64,000 nucleotides of DNA from Puccinia triticina (Eukaryota): assembly GCA_026914245.1 (NCBI GenBank), contig CP110439.1, positions 6,200,001 to 6,264,000 on the forward strand, written 5' to 3'. The notes under the pieces were generated by a model. It was not told the DNA's origin, did not search any database, and saw only the letters and a program-made list of their open reading frames with translations. Of the stretch, positions 12,420 through 24,404 are shown piece by piece; the stretch's first letter is position 1; the number at the start of each line of letters is the position of its first letter. The translations under genes and the position numbers were made by a program.

Positions 12420-13620
12420 CCCAAGCAATCTGCTTGAACAGACTAAGTGACAAATTCGTAGGCAAAACCATTCAAGCAGATCCGCTGAACAGATTCAGTT
12501 ATAGGTGTCACCCAGTCCACAGCAGATTGCTTGGACATGAATGGATTTGGTTACAGGCATGCTTGAACAGACAGGGTGACACATCTGTAAGTGAGTCCGC
12601 TCAAGCAGATCCATTGAACAGATTTGGTTACAGGCATGGATTACAAAGTTATTCCATTCCAGCAGAGTGCTTGGAAAGATTCAGAGAGACAGGGCTGGGG
12701 AATTCAATTCAAGCAGTCTGCTTCAAACTGGTTGGCGATGTCTTGACCAAAGCTGCTGGAACGGCTAACTCTTTAATAAAAAAAGAATATCAACACTGAC
12801 TTTACATGCATGCCAACACCGGTTTTACTTGCATTACAGATATTTGCAAAGGATATTGACACCGGGGTTACTCGCATGGCAGATACCTGTGCAGGTTTGT
12901 TTGGCCCCCAGAGGCTATTCCTTTAGTTATATGTATATACAAGGCACTAGCACCCAAACTTGGGGCTCCAGGGGGGTGAAGTATTAAGTCCCTTGAGTCT
13001 GTTCCAACGGACTTGGGGACAGGCCATAGTGGAAATGGATCTTGCTGAGGTCCATTACCCATGGAGATTGATCAGGTGTGGATTTCCGCCAAGCAATCTG
13101 CTTGAAAGGACTGGGTGACCATCCCTAAGAGTCTTTTGAATGGAGTGGACACATCCATCAGCAATTCCGTTGAAGGGAGTTGGTTAAATTGAACAGACTC
13201 AGCGAACCCGTTGAATGGAGTGGACACATCCATTGGCGAGTCTGTTGAATGGAGTGGACACATCCATTGGCGAGTCCGTTGAATTGAACAGACTCAGCAA
13301 GTCTGTTGCAGGGAGTTGTTCATAAGAGAGTCCGTAGAAATCAATAAGTCCGTCAAACGGAGTCAATATGTATGTACATCCCAAGAGACAGAGCTCAGGC
13401 AGTCCGTTCAAACATCAAGCGGTCTGGGTGATGTCTCACTCAAATCTGCTTGAACAGGGTTGAACGGATTCATCAATACAAAAAGGGTATTGACGCCGGT
13501 TTTACTTGCCTGACAGAAATTTGTACAGGGTATTGACACCGGCATTACTTGCATTGACAGATTTCTGTACGGGTTTGTTTGGCCCCCAGAGGCTATGCCT
13601 TTAGTTATATGTAGATATAT
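12420..13620. repeat. Degenerate internally repetitive segment (TE-derived)
   Basis: Tandem TTGAATGGAGTGGACACATCCAT units (~13137-13270), recurrent TTGAACAGAC motifs, and a direct repeat GGTTTGTTTGGCCCCCAGAGGCTAT.CCTTTAGTTATATGTA at ~12894-12935 and ~13572-13613. Confidence 0.6.
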
Positions 13621-13918
13621 GTAGATGTAGATTGTTATCTGTTGTACACCCAGCTTCAATGAAACCAACCATTGAATCACATACACCAGGTGCAGGCCAA
13701 ATGGATAAACGCTTATGAGGAGTTCTGGAATTCAGTATGTATGTATCTCTGTCTGGTCAATAACCTTGGCCCTGGGTGATGCACCATCTGTACAGGATCT
13801 TGGGTGCAGGGTCTTATTTTTATTGAAAACAGATTCCTTGTCCATGCCAATATACATTTTGCCCAAAATCATCTGTGCTTAAAACTTTTGTTTTGGCCAT
13901 CAGAAATATTCCCACATC

Positions 13919-16489
13919 ATGTCTTCACCACTGATACTTGTGGTCTTGTGCTCAATCTTGATTACATCCAATAGAGTCACCAGCTCACTGGTTCCTATCT
14001 TTGAAAGTAGTGCTGCAGCACACAGTCAGGGTAATACATGTTTTTATTTATAGTGTCCCTTGGTGCTGTGCATTCCTAAAGCTGATTTATTTTTTATCTA
14101 TCATCATCCTTCATATATTGTTCTTTCAATCAATAAGCTTCTGAAGCAAATCAAATTGCTCAACAGGAAATCACTGAAGGCCAGAAAGAGCAACAGCTCA
14201 CATTTTCACAAACCAATTTCCTTGAGACACATGAAAATTCAGGTTTTTTTAATGGATATCAGAAACAAGCATCACTGCCTGAACAAAAACCAAAATTTCA
14301 GGTGGATGAACCAGGGAAAGGATACAGGCTGACTAAACCCAAATGTCAGTAAATTGTTTATTTTGGATCAGCTGATTGGTATTAAATTGCTCATTCATTC
14401 TGATGATGATACAAAATAAAATCTTAACAGATCATACCACAAAAAATGAAGGTCAGTTGTTCTTTGATTTAAAAGAGTTGACCAACAACTTGCACCAAGA
14501 GAAAAAAAAAGCTTTAGAAAATCCCACCCAAAAAATCATCTTACCCCACCATATCCTGGTAGCCGGGCCAATTTCAAGCTCAGGCCCAGTTTGGTTGTTT
14601 TAGTTAGTTTTTGATTTCATGATGGGGGGGATTCAGCCTTCAGCCCTCCCTCCCCACCTTGAACCAATTTGCTGAGGTGGACGTCTGGTGGGTTGGAGTA
14701 AGGTTCTGATGATACCCTAATCAAAAATCATACTAAAATGATCTGAATACTGGGCCTTAAACCAAAGCGGTCTTGCAACCAGGATAAGAGGTTTTAAGAT
14801 GATGACTTTGGTGGGGGTGTGATAATGTGATATTTGTAGATTGATTTGATTATATATGATGCAAAAAGAGCTGAATTTTGCATCTCCCTTCTGATAGAAT
14901 ACACTTTGCTATCACTCAATTATGATCTGAAGATACTCACCAATTTATTTGAGGAACATCAAGATCCAAAGAAATATCACAGTTTTTACCCACCTCAACA
15001 AACTCATATAGATTCAATAGCAGAGATACAACAAAATATATTGGTTCTGAAAGAACTGAAGCTCTTGGAATTAGGCAGATTTGATTTGATCAAAAATTGG
15101 GAGTATTTGGAAAGCATCCTGCCTCAAAACCTTCAACATTACAAATATTCAAAGATCAAGAAACATCAAATTTCCGCCCCTATCAAAGAAACTGGCAAAG
15201 AATTGGGACTTTTAACTTTGGAGAAAATAAAGCAAGGAGTTGTTGGCTATGAGATCTTGCCTCATAACAAGAATTACTTTCAAGAGTTCATCTTTCCTGA
15301 TTCAAAATATATGCCATATTTATTAAACGCAATTGATTTCATGTGGAAGAATGGATTTATTTCTGATGAAAGTATCAAAAATACCTTTCAAGATGATTTA
15401 TTCCTTCTGAGAGCAAGTCTTTACACAAAGGCATATTACTCCCAGAAATTTCCTTCTACAGATGAGTTTTTTGGCAGGACAAGTGATGGGTGGACTCCAT
15501 TGGGTTTTCAGTTTTTCACAAGTAAGGATATCTTAAATTCTTGCATATGGTTGGATGTTGCAAATCAATTCCCTGCTTGATATTGATTTCAATTTTCTTT
15601 TGATAAAATAGTTCTTGATGAAGAAGATCATGGAAGGGTAAAAATGGAATTAATACATCAATCAGCTTTGAAAAGGAAGGATAATGGGGCTTACTTGGAC
15701 CACAAAAGGGATGTGGATTTCCTTGGACTTTGTGATCTCATGTCAGACAGAAAGTATTTGAATCATTTGAAATTCAGAAAAGGATTCATAAAATTGAACA
15801 TGCAAAATGAACTTGATTTAGGTGTAGAAGAATTCAAACAGGATGTCAAGAAGGCCCTCACTATCTCAATCAATGCACATGGTCCAGGAGCTAATTATTA
15901 TGATGGTTACTTCTTAATATATGCAAATCCTATATCTAAAATGGTTTGCCAATTTCTGGACTTGATTGAAACACTCATTTGCCCAGGTATCATAAATCAG
16001 GTGGCAAATGAAATGAAAACAGATGCCATCAACTTGATTGGGTCCTTGGCTTTGGAAGAAAGTGATGATGCACCTCTGTACGCTAGGGATAATCCAGAAG
16101 CATATGTCCAAAAACATGTTTCAGAATATTACAAAGTTATCCTATTATCTTCAAAAATAGATGATCTGAAGAATCTTCCACAGGCTTTCAAAGAATTGGG
16201 TTACTCTTGCTTGAAAATACTTGGGAAACAATCCATTGACACTAAATCAATCCAGAGATATTATCAAGACCAAATCAAAGATATCTATCCGCAGTTTGAA
16301 GATGCATACAAAAGTCTTGAAAAGGCAAATTTTGCTTGGAAATACTGGTTATCAGATACTGAACACTTGAAAAATCTTTATGGAGATGGTTTGGACAAAT
16401 TGCTAAATTGGCCCAAGTCTAACCCTTTGACATATTATATAACACCCATGATTGTCAATTTTCTAGATAGTACTTCTAGGTTTATATAG
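13919..16489 (+). CDS. Lineage-specific hypothetical protein, candidate secreted; multi-exon
   Basis: ATG at 13919 gives MSSPLILVVLCSILITSNRVTSS (signal-peptide-like) followed by a GT donor at ~14031; long AT-rich ORFs 14846-15580 and 15644-16489 separated by a GTAAG..TAG intron. Middle exons uncertain; no recognisable domain. Confidence 0.55.
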
Positions 16490-16615
16490 ACTTCCGCAAA
16501 ATTTTATTGTTTTTATTGCATGTCTCCTTCACCGGGAAAAAAAAAATAGTCACTTGATGACAAGTGTGTTGAAATTTTGTAATCCTCAGTGGTCAAAATC
16601 AACACATCAGACATG

Positions 16616-16616
16616 G

Positions 16617-16669
<53 letters not shown>

Positions 16670-16705
16670 AAGCTAAGGTCGCTGGTTCAAATCCTGCCCA
16701 AGTCA
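16616..16705 (+). tRNA. tRNA-like gene or pseudo-tRNA of ambiguous identity (possibly derived from intron-containing tRNA-Thr(AGT))
   Basis: Perfect 7-bp acceptor stem GACTTGG/CCAAGTC+A; D arm GCCT-AGTTGGTAA-AGGC (A box); T arm GCTGG-TTCAAAT-CCTGC (B box); T4 run just downstream; anticodon region irregular (CTAGTA followed by a CTTAGC-TTCAA-GCTAAG hairpin). Confidence 0.65.
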
Positions 16706-16879
16706 ATCATTTTCTGCTAAGTGTCTGCAAAATGCATTGTTAGTTTTAACAAAGTGACATCATGCCAGCTCTAGCGGGCTACCCACCATCTAACCATATG
16801 TACAACCCATCTAATTACCTCTCAGAATTTCCACAGGAGATCCTCAGTTTTGGATGGGCACCACCAATCCTCATTTCTG

Positions 16880-17620
16880 GTCAGCTGATACTCCGCTTTA
16901 GCTCCCAGCTCATGCTCAGCTTTGGTGTCCAGCTCATGCTCAGCTTTGAACCAGTCCTGGCCCAGCTGATTCTCAGCTTTGGTCAAGTCATGGCTCATCT
17001 TAGACTCAGATTAGAAAGATCATTGGCCCATCCAATGCTCAGCTTTGGACCAGTATTGGCTCTGCTAATTTTCAGCTTTGGAACAATCTTGGCCCAGCCA
17101 ATGCTCAGATTCTGACCACTCCTGTAACAGCTGATGCTCATCTGTGGACCAGCCTTGGCTCTTCTGATGCTCAGCTGTGGACCAACCTTGGCTCAGCTGA
17201 TGTTCAGCTGTGGAACAGCCTTGTCTCAGGTGATACTAATCTTTTGAATAGTCTTAAAACACCTGATTTTCAGCTTTGGAACAGCCTTGACTCAGCCAAT
17301 GCTCAGCTTTGGACCAGCATTGGCTCAGCTGATGCTCAGCTTTTGAAAATTCTTGGCCCAGCCGGTGTTAATCTTTGGAACAGTATTGTCCCAGCTGATT
17401 TTCAGATCTGCACAAGCCTTTTCCAAGATGATTCTCAGCTTTGGACCATTGTTGACTAAGATGATGCTCAGATTTGGAATATTCTTGGTCCAGCTGACAC
17501 TTAGCTTTGTATCAGCCTTGGAATAGCTCATGCTCCGCTGTAGCCCAAGCTCAGCCAATGCTCAGCTTTGGCCCAGGATCATTCAATGCCTACTTCTCAG
17601 CTTTTGATGAGCATCAGCTG
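16880..17620. repeat. Degenerate ~33-bp tandem array (GCTGATGCTCAGCTTTGGACCAGCCTTGGCTCA-like)
   Basis: Repeated CTCAGCTTTGG core; the overlapping ORFs show 11-residue periodicity (AQLMLSFGPVL; ADAQLWTSIGS). Confidence 0.85.
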
Positions 17621-20430
17621 TTCCTGGGAAAAATTTAGGATCAGCTGACTGTGCCACATTGAGTGCTCTGGTGCAGTCCTGCAAGCTCTACAAGTGCAGG
17701 TGGAGCAGACTTGGAGCAGCACTGGAGTAGTCTGGAGCAGAAACCAAAGCTGCATCATGTCACTTGCCATCAAGTGACTATATTTTTTTCCTGGTGCTTC
17801 AGACTTTGCTTTTTTTTCTACATTATCTATTACTAATGTTAGTTATTACTAATGGTTATTCACTCCCCGAATAGCATGTTTCAAGCTTTTATATTCTCAT
17901 CTTGGGCTGTCTATTTCACTTCCATTTTTATCAGAATCCTCTACTCAAGTTGGCTTTACTCATCCCTTTTCATCATTGGCTTTCTCCTATCTTTCCCTGT
18001 GGCAGTGAGATGTGTACCTTGGCAAAACAACATGATTGAAGTGCTTTCCCATCAGCTACACCACACATTGTGAAATGGAAAACTCTGCCTCCAGGTTCTT
18101 TCCACTACCCAAAACAGTGGAGAATCAGTTTCTGTTGTGGTGGTCAATCCGTTAGTCAGATCAGATTTAGTGTCTTAGTTTCACCGGCGCTATCCTCTAG
18201 ATTCAAGACTCATTCACCAAGGTCTTCAAGACTCAAGATTGCCTCCTCAAGACTCAAGACATCAATACATCAAAATCTTCAGTCCATCTCTCAAGCCCTC
18301 TCATGTCTTTCAGGTCCCCCACCTCTTTCCCTTTCCCATTTCCTCCCATTCTCAATTCCTTTTTGTTTGTTCTCTTTTTCTTGTACTTGTTTTGTATTTA
18401 TTTCTCAGGCTTTTTTTTTGTCTCTGCGCAAGGATATGATGAAATTCATGCAACAGGTTGTTCCCAGAGTCCAAGTTTGAGCTGAAATTGGAGGATGAGG
18501 TGGCATGCAATTCTGATTCAAGAATAAGGGGTCACCTTTGTGATCACCAAGAGTCCAGATTCCAGAGTCGCATCCAATCCAGTTCCTTCATCAGAATACC
18601 AACACATCCAACCAACAAAACCCGCCACCAAGGATCCAAACCTTGATTCCTTTCAAAACCACTTCCCCCCAACCCTCTCACCTCAAATCCCTACAACTCT
18701 CTTTGCGGACCATCCAAGGCCACTGCCGCTACCGTGTTTTTGGCTTGGGGGAGAAGCAGAGCTGTTCTGTTGCAATGAAAATCTTGCTATTTGTGTAGCC
18801 TAGCACTGTGTTTCACCCTTGTTAAAATTTTGAACAGGGGCAAGACTTTTCCCTCTGGAAAACATTGATGTGGGGGCTGGCAAACATGCACAGCAGAGGA
18901 ATTTTGCTGGCTGGTAGGCATGCTGGGTGACTTTCCAGCGGGTAGGTTTACATGTGGAACCATGCATTGAAGTGCTCCTGGCATTCATTAGCACTGTTCA
19001 CGTAAGAAATCGATGACCATGGTGAGAGATATACATCAGCAATACTTTCCCAGCCAAATTGGCTGGCACAATGGGATAAACTTAATTTCAATCTTGCTGA
19101 TGTTTAGCTTACGTGAAGAGTGCTATTGTACTTGCTGTTGTCATATAACCAACTCCCATGAATCCAGCTATAGAAACACAGACAACAGTTGCCACTTCCC
19201 CACCTAGCTTGGCAGAGAATCAGACGGCTTCTTTGCTCTGTTGTGGCTAGGTGAGTCACCCCTTCTCCTCCCTTCTCTATGTCCACAAGTCAGCATCTTG
19301 TGCCACATCCAACGATCATCAGTGAAGGCTTCCTTGAACCCTTAAAACAGTTGCAGTCCAAAAAGACAAATACTTCAATTCAGACTCAGAGTCTTGAGAC
19401 AACCTTCAATATTGAGCCTAACTTAAACCCAAGCTTCAATAAGCCTCTCCCAGGAGGTGTGAAGCGTTTCTAAACAAAAGTCTGATTGACTAAATTCATA
19501 TTCTTGGACTGGGGGTTTTCAACAGAAAACAGGAATTTATTATTTACATTTATTTCACAACTAGCTCTCCATGCATATTGATGATTTTATTTTTTTCCTG
19601 GCTAGGGTATCCCCGCGGCCCCAAAAACTGACGCAGCTGGCGGTTTCCTGTTGTGACAGATCATTTCATATCTTACGTATTCATCATTGGTTTACACATT
19701 TTTACCACATCATCTCATACTTTATTACATACTTTCATTATGGGATTATATCTTCTTTCTCACCAACCCAATTATGTAATCACTGTTGTATATATATACT
19801 CTACATTGCTGCAATCTTATTCTTCCCTCGGGGGGAGTTTCTCCATCTCATCTTGCCGTATCCTGATATCCCATTCCCGACATCACCCGCGGAGCTATCA
19901 CCACGGGTACCCCCGCAGATACCTCAAAAATGGTGCTCCCCCCCGATCTCATGCAGATGCGCGCACACCCCTCATTTTTGCCCAAAAGTGCACGCCCGGT
20001 ACGCGGGTGCGCGGCGCTCGTACTTCGGCGCGGTGGCGCCGTCAACGTGCCGAAAGCCAGACGTCAACTGCCCTATGTAAATAGTTTAATTTATATATTT
20101 GAAATGTTATCCTTCCATCAGATCTGGCTATGTACATAATTTGCGGGGTTCCAGTCCCTTCCGTGAGAGTGCAGATTGACCCGGCCTGTTTGTAACAAGC
20201 TTTTTTGGACTCTTGGGCTGTGCTGGTCTTGCGTTGGCCTTGTTTAGGCTTTTGTTTTCGTGTTTGTAGCTTTATATGTACCAAGAATTATTTACGGGTC
20301 GGATGCTTCTGAGGGTTGTTTTTATCTTGCACTCGGAATCTGCTGAAGATCAATTAACTACGACTCGACAACTGTATTCCGGATACTCATCGCCTTGCGA
20401 TTGACTGTTTGACGGAGCCCTATTTCAAAG

Positions 20431-22096
20431 ATGATGGAGTGGATAAAAGTGACCACTCATGTGGCACCGATGCTGATTCAAGCTGGTTTGCTCAATCTGG
20501 TATGGACGCACCCTGATCAATTTCAAAACCCGACTATTCGATGGGCGAGACTGGCCTTATTGCCCCTCAGCTTCAGCTTCCTGCTTTCAGATCTGTGGAA
20601 CCTGAAGAATTCTCAATTATCGATTTTCATCAAGACCAACTTGGGATGCACCTGGGGAGGGCACGCCTTCCGAATAGCCTTACTGACCTTTCAGCAGCCG
20701 GTCTCGGAAAAACAATCAAAAGATTCTCCTTCGGATGAAAAGTCCACCTCAAAAGTTTCTGAAGACGATCGACAGTCCGCCTTACAAAACCTTACTAGCA
20801 TTTTCTTGCTTGCCTTCGCGTCAGTCAGATATTCAGCCAGTCATACATAAATAGATTCCATAATACGTTTGCGTCAGAGAATGTCTGGATCAATTTTCGT
20901 TTGGTTATCACTCACATTTTACTGACGGGCCATCACCCATTTGTTTTTTGATACTTAAAAATATAGTGGGAGCACCAATCCATCCACGAAAGCAAGCTTG
21001 TTACCAGGATTCAATCAAGGCATACACGAGGACCTAATCTTTTTCTTGGGAACACTTAGGCGAATGATTTTTCTCAACTTCTCGAGCGTTGCTGCACTAA
21101 TGGTCTGGAAATTATCGAACGATGAAAGCATTATATTAAATCAGCCAATCTTCGTGTTGATCAGAAACTACAAATCGGAGATTAGAGCGTTTTCTTGGGG
21201 GATGTTCGTTTGGATTGGGATAGATCTACCGGGGTGTCTACATAGATTATCAATGTTTGCCCTCAAAGTAACCAGCCGATTATTATCAAAAGTCGTTTCT
21301 GATCCCAAAATTTCAAAGACCCTCGAAAGATTCAATCAAGTGGATTTGAGTCAAGCGTTCCCCTTCATCTTCAAAAAGTCCCCCCTGGGCGCCTCGAGTG
21401 TGACGGATTTCTGGAGTAGACATTGGCACGAAATGTTGAAGGACCTTTTCGTCGAAGCAGGGGTGACTCCGGTGACCTACTTTCTGGTCAGCTTTCTCGG
21501 ATTCCAGCTCACGTCGAAATTCGTCCGAATCTCTGGAATCATGGGCGCGTTCGCAGTTTCTGCAGTAATCCACGAAGTTGGTGAGTGATCCCGTGGCGTA
21601 ATTAGTCTCACTTTCGCAAAAGAAACAGGCCGAGAAAAAATCTGGACAAATACATCTCATTCAAACGAACTTGATCTTTTATCCTGATACCACTTATGAA
21701 CGAGAAGGAATGTGGGCTGCTGCCCCCCTCGATCCAACATTTCGAACATCGACCTTTTTCTTAAGTCAAGGAGTTGGTGTTTGTCTAGAAAACGGATTCA
21801 AGAAGATATTCGGGCGAAATGTGAGTGGGGTTCTCGGTAGGATATGGCTACTTACATGGTTAGTTCACTTTGGCAACCCCATGGTTTCAATTTGGTGAGC
21901 TTCCTCGAAGGTCAATCTTGGTTAAGAAACAAATGGCTACCTAACCAAAGCTTTGATCCTTGCAATTATCTATGTACTCCTTAGGCTGGAAGGTATGGGG
22001 TTTGACCAAAGCAAACTCTTTGGACGAGTGGACGACATTGGCTTCTTTCGGTTGGCGTTCTCGCCATTCATCGTTCCTCGATTGTTGATTTATTAG
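20431..22096 (+). CDS. MBOAT_2/wax-synthase-like acyltransferase, paralog 3; 4 exons (~20431-20819, 20967-21580, 21708-21894, 21985-22096)
   Basis: SVTDFWSRHWHE, AFAVSAVIHEVG, FFLSQGVG, LGRIWLLTWL; collinear with paralogs 1 and 2; extra intron ~21895-21984; stop TAG 22094-22096. Confidence 0.85.
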
Positions 22097-22390
22097 CCAA
22101 AACTTGACGACCATTTATGAACTGTTCAGATCTATGACATCATTGGATAGCACCATCCTACTTTTCTCTTTGTTAAAACATACCGGTTGATCCTTTCCCG
22201 CTTCGCGTATCATACTGTCCTGTATGATGTGTCACATTCGCTTGGCTGAGCCCCCAGACAAAAACAATCCTCCAGGCTCCCAAAAGCATCAAAAGAAGAT
22301 CCGAAGCGCAGATCCTGTCTGATCCCTTGTACCTTCCAGCGTGTGCATGGACGAGGAGAAAAGGTCAAGATTATCAGAGGGTCAAAAGAA

Positions 22391-22476
22391 TCCCCCGAGC
22401 CGGGATCGAACCAGCGACCTCAAGATGACATCTTATCCATTACAGTCTCGCGCTCTTCCAGCTGAGCTATCGGGGG
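22391..22476 (-). tRNA. tRNA-Tyr(GTA), intron-containing
   Basis: Reverse complement CCCCCGATAGCTCAGCTGGAAGAGCGCGAGACTGTAA[intron]..TCTTGAGGTCGCTGGTTCGATCCCGGCTCGGGGGA; full cloverleaf; T-run downstream. Confidence 0.95.
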
Positions 22477-22719
22477 CCTGAAATGTCCCTCAGGCGGGCT
22501 CGAGCCGGCGACCGGTGTGCCCGGCCTGATGATACGTGGTGCGCCGATCAGGTGCCCGTTTCGGAGAACGGGGCGATACTGGAGCTCCCAGAAAGTCAGA
22601 TCAGACTACTGAGGTGGTTGGAGCAAACACACGATTCCGAAACCATTCGTAATTCGAACAGGTCAAGTTGAATACCGTTCGCCGCGGAGCACACACCACA
22701 GACACATCCTCCTTGTAGA

Positions 22720-23575
22720 ATGTCATTGCGCTATCCTATTCCAGCTACTGTGCTTGGTCTGGCGAGTAATCCGGTAGTTGCTGTGCTTACTCCGGTTACC
22801 ATCGGGAGTTTGATCGGTCTTATCACGAAGAGTTCGGTGAAAACTTGGTATTCAACTTTGAAGAAGCCAAAGGGGCAGCCCCCAAGATGGTAAGTGACTG
22901 ATCATTGAACTTGCAACGGCGGCGAAGACAATAATTTATGACGGCTCATGTTGGCTACAGGGCTTTCCCGGTCGCGTGGACTTATCTTTACGGTACGATG
23001 GGATATGCGTCTCATTTGATTGCCGAATCGTTAAGGACCACCCCATTCACTGAGACAGCGGATCAAGCGAACTCAGCATTGGCGCTTTACTTCGGCCAAC
23101 TTGCGCTCAACTTCATTTGGACCCCAATCTTCTTTGGCTTGAAAAAACCTGCACCTGCTCTCATTGATATCCTTGCCCTGACTGGCAGTGTATTTTATAT
23201 GACTGTGAGTAGCATCATTCTTTTTGTGCTATTCCCTTCCGGCGATTTCTGATGTGGATTTTTCGCGTTTTGGTAGAACGTCACTAGCAAGTTCAACTCC
23301 AAAGCTGCATACTTGTTCTTACCTTACGTATGTTTTGGTTGACTTCCAATCTTTTTTGTAATCGCCACTTGAGCTAGAAAATCCAGAAGGAACTCACTGA
23401 ATTCTTCGCCTATCCGATACTGTAGTGCGCATGGCTCACCTTTGCCACTTATCTCAACGGTACGATATGGTATCTGAACGCCGGCGATGGTCGCAAATCC
23501 AAAATCCGAGAGACAATTGATTACTTTGTATCCAAATTCAACCGTTCAACTCTTACCAAGCAGAAAGATGAGTAG
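22720..23575 (+). CDS. TSPO: TspO/MBR family translocator protein; 4 exons
   Basis: WYSTLKKPKGQPPRWAFPVAWTYLYGTMGYASH, QLALNFIWTPIFFG, LFLPYCAWLTFATYLN after joining GT..AG introns; stop TAG 23573-23575. Confidence 0.92.
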
Positions 23576-24404
23576 GAAAAGCAAAGGCCTGTATCTCATC
23601 TAGCATATTTTACTCTCGCAGACAATAAAAAGGAAAAATGTGTGGATCAAAACCAATATATACCTATGCAGTGATTATCATGCACTTCTCGCCTGGTTTT
23701 CTGCTGCTTGATCTTACTTATTGCTCGCCAAACAGTGAGAAAAAAAAAAACACAGAACAATGATTGTAATGCAGTTTTGAAATGTTCGAAATCAGGCAGG
23801 CCCCCTCAATTCTGCCAAGAGTTTCACTCCTGAAGATATTTGGAAGCTTTTTGAGATCTTATTTCTCAATTGCTGGTTATATGAAACCAATTCAACTACT
23901 CTATTCCAAATCCAGCCAATTGATACAAATCCTCCTGTCTCCTCATTGGGAAGCCCATATAGAATTGATGGTAGGAGGTTTTGACCCCTTTCCAGCTTTC
24001 ACTCCGCTCTTAGTACTAGCGGCGAGAATCAGTCAAACACACCAGTCCAAGCACAGACTTTGTCGAGCCAATTCGTAGTGTGATCCCAGCTGGGCGCAGA
24101 TCTGGTTCACATACATAGCTTATGCCAGGCTACCATTCAAGAAGTTATTCTTTTTGAACAGCTGCCTGAATTGGTGTGCCTTTCTCTACATGATGGATGT
24201 CTTCTTGTTGATCTGGTCTGAACTTTGGATTGCTTGTGGTAGAAGTCAGTCAAGATTCAGATCATGCCCGAGTTGTCCGGACTCCGGGATCTGATGTAAC
24301 CCCCGGGGTCCGGCGGGAGCGACCGTCTCTGAGCCTCTGTGTGTCCGCTGGGTAATCTCTATGTAAACCACATCCACTGGCGACGATCCGGATAAAGTAT
24401 CGCG

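Larger units (their letters stand above)
16530..17796. mobile_element. Non-autonomous CACTA/CMC-like TIR element carrying a tRNA-like gene and a 33-bp minisatellite
   Basis: TIRs CACCGGGAAAAAAAAAATAGTCACTTGATGACAAGTG (16530-16566) / CACTTGCCATCAAGTGACTATATTTTTTTCCTGGTG (17761-17796); 3-bp TSD CTT (16527-16529, 17797-17799). Confidence 0.8.

Noticed and set aside
16616..16705. Functional selenocysteine or opal-suppressor tRNA
   Set aside because: It has a 7/5 acceptor/T-stem rather than the tRNA-Sec 9/4 fold, the TCA hairpin is not in the anticodon-arm position, and Dikarya are not known to have Sec machinery.
16762..17459. Repeat proteins with 11-aa periodicity
   Set aside because: Translations of the 33-bp minisatellite inside a TIR element; the frames are interrupted by stops.
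17998..19307. Possible LTR element (TGTGGCA...TGCCACA)
   Set aside because: No matching TSD, second LTR or coding motif found; probably TE-derived but not classifiable.
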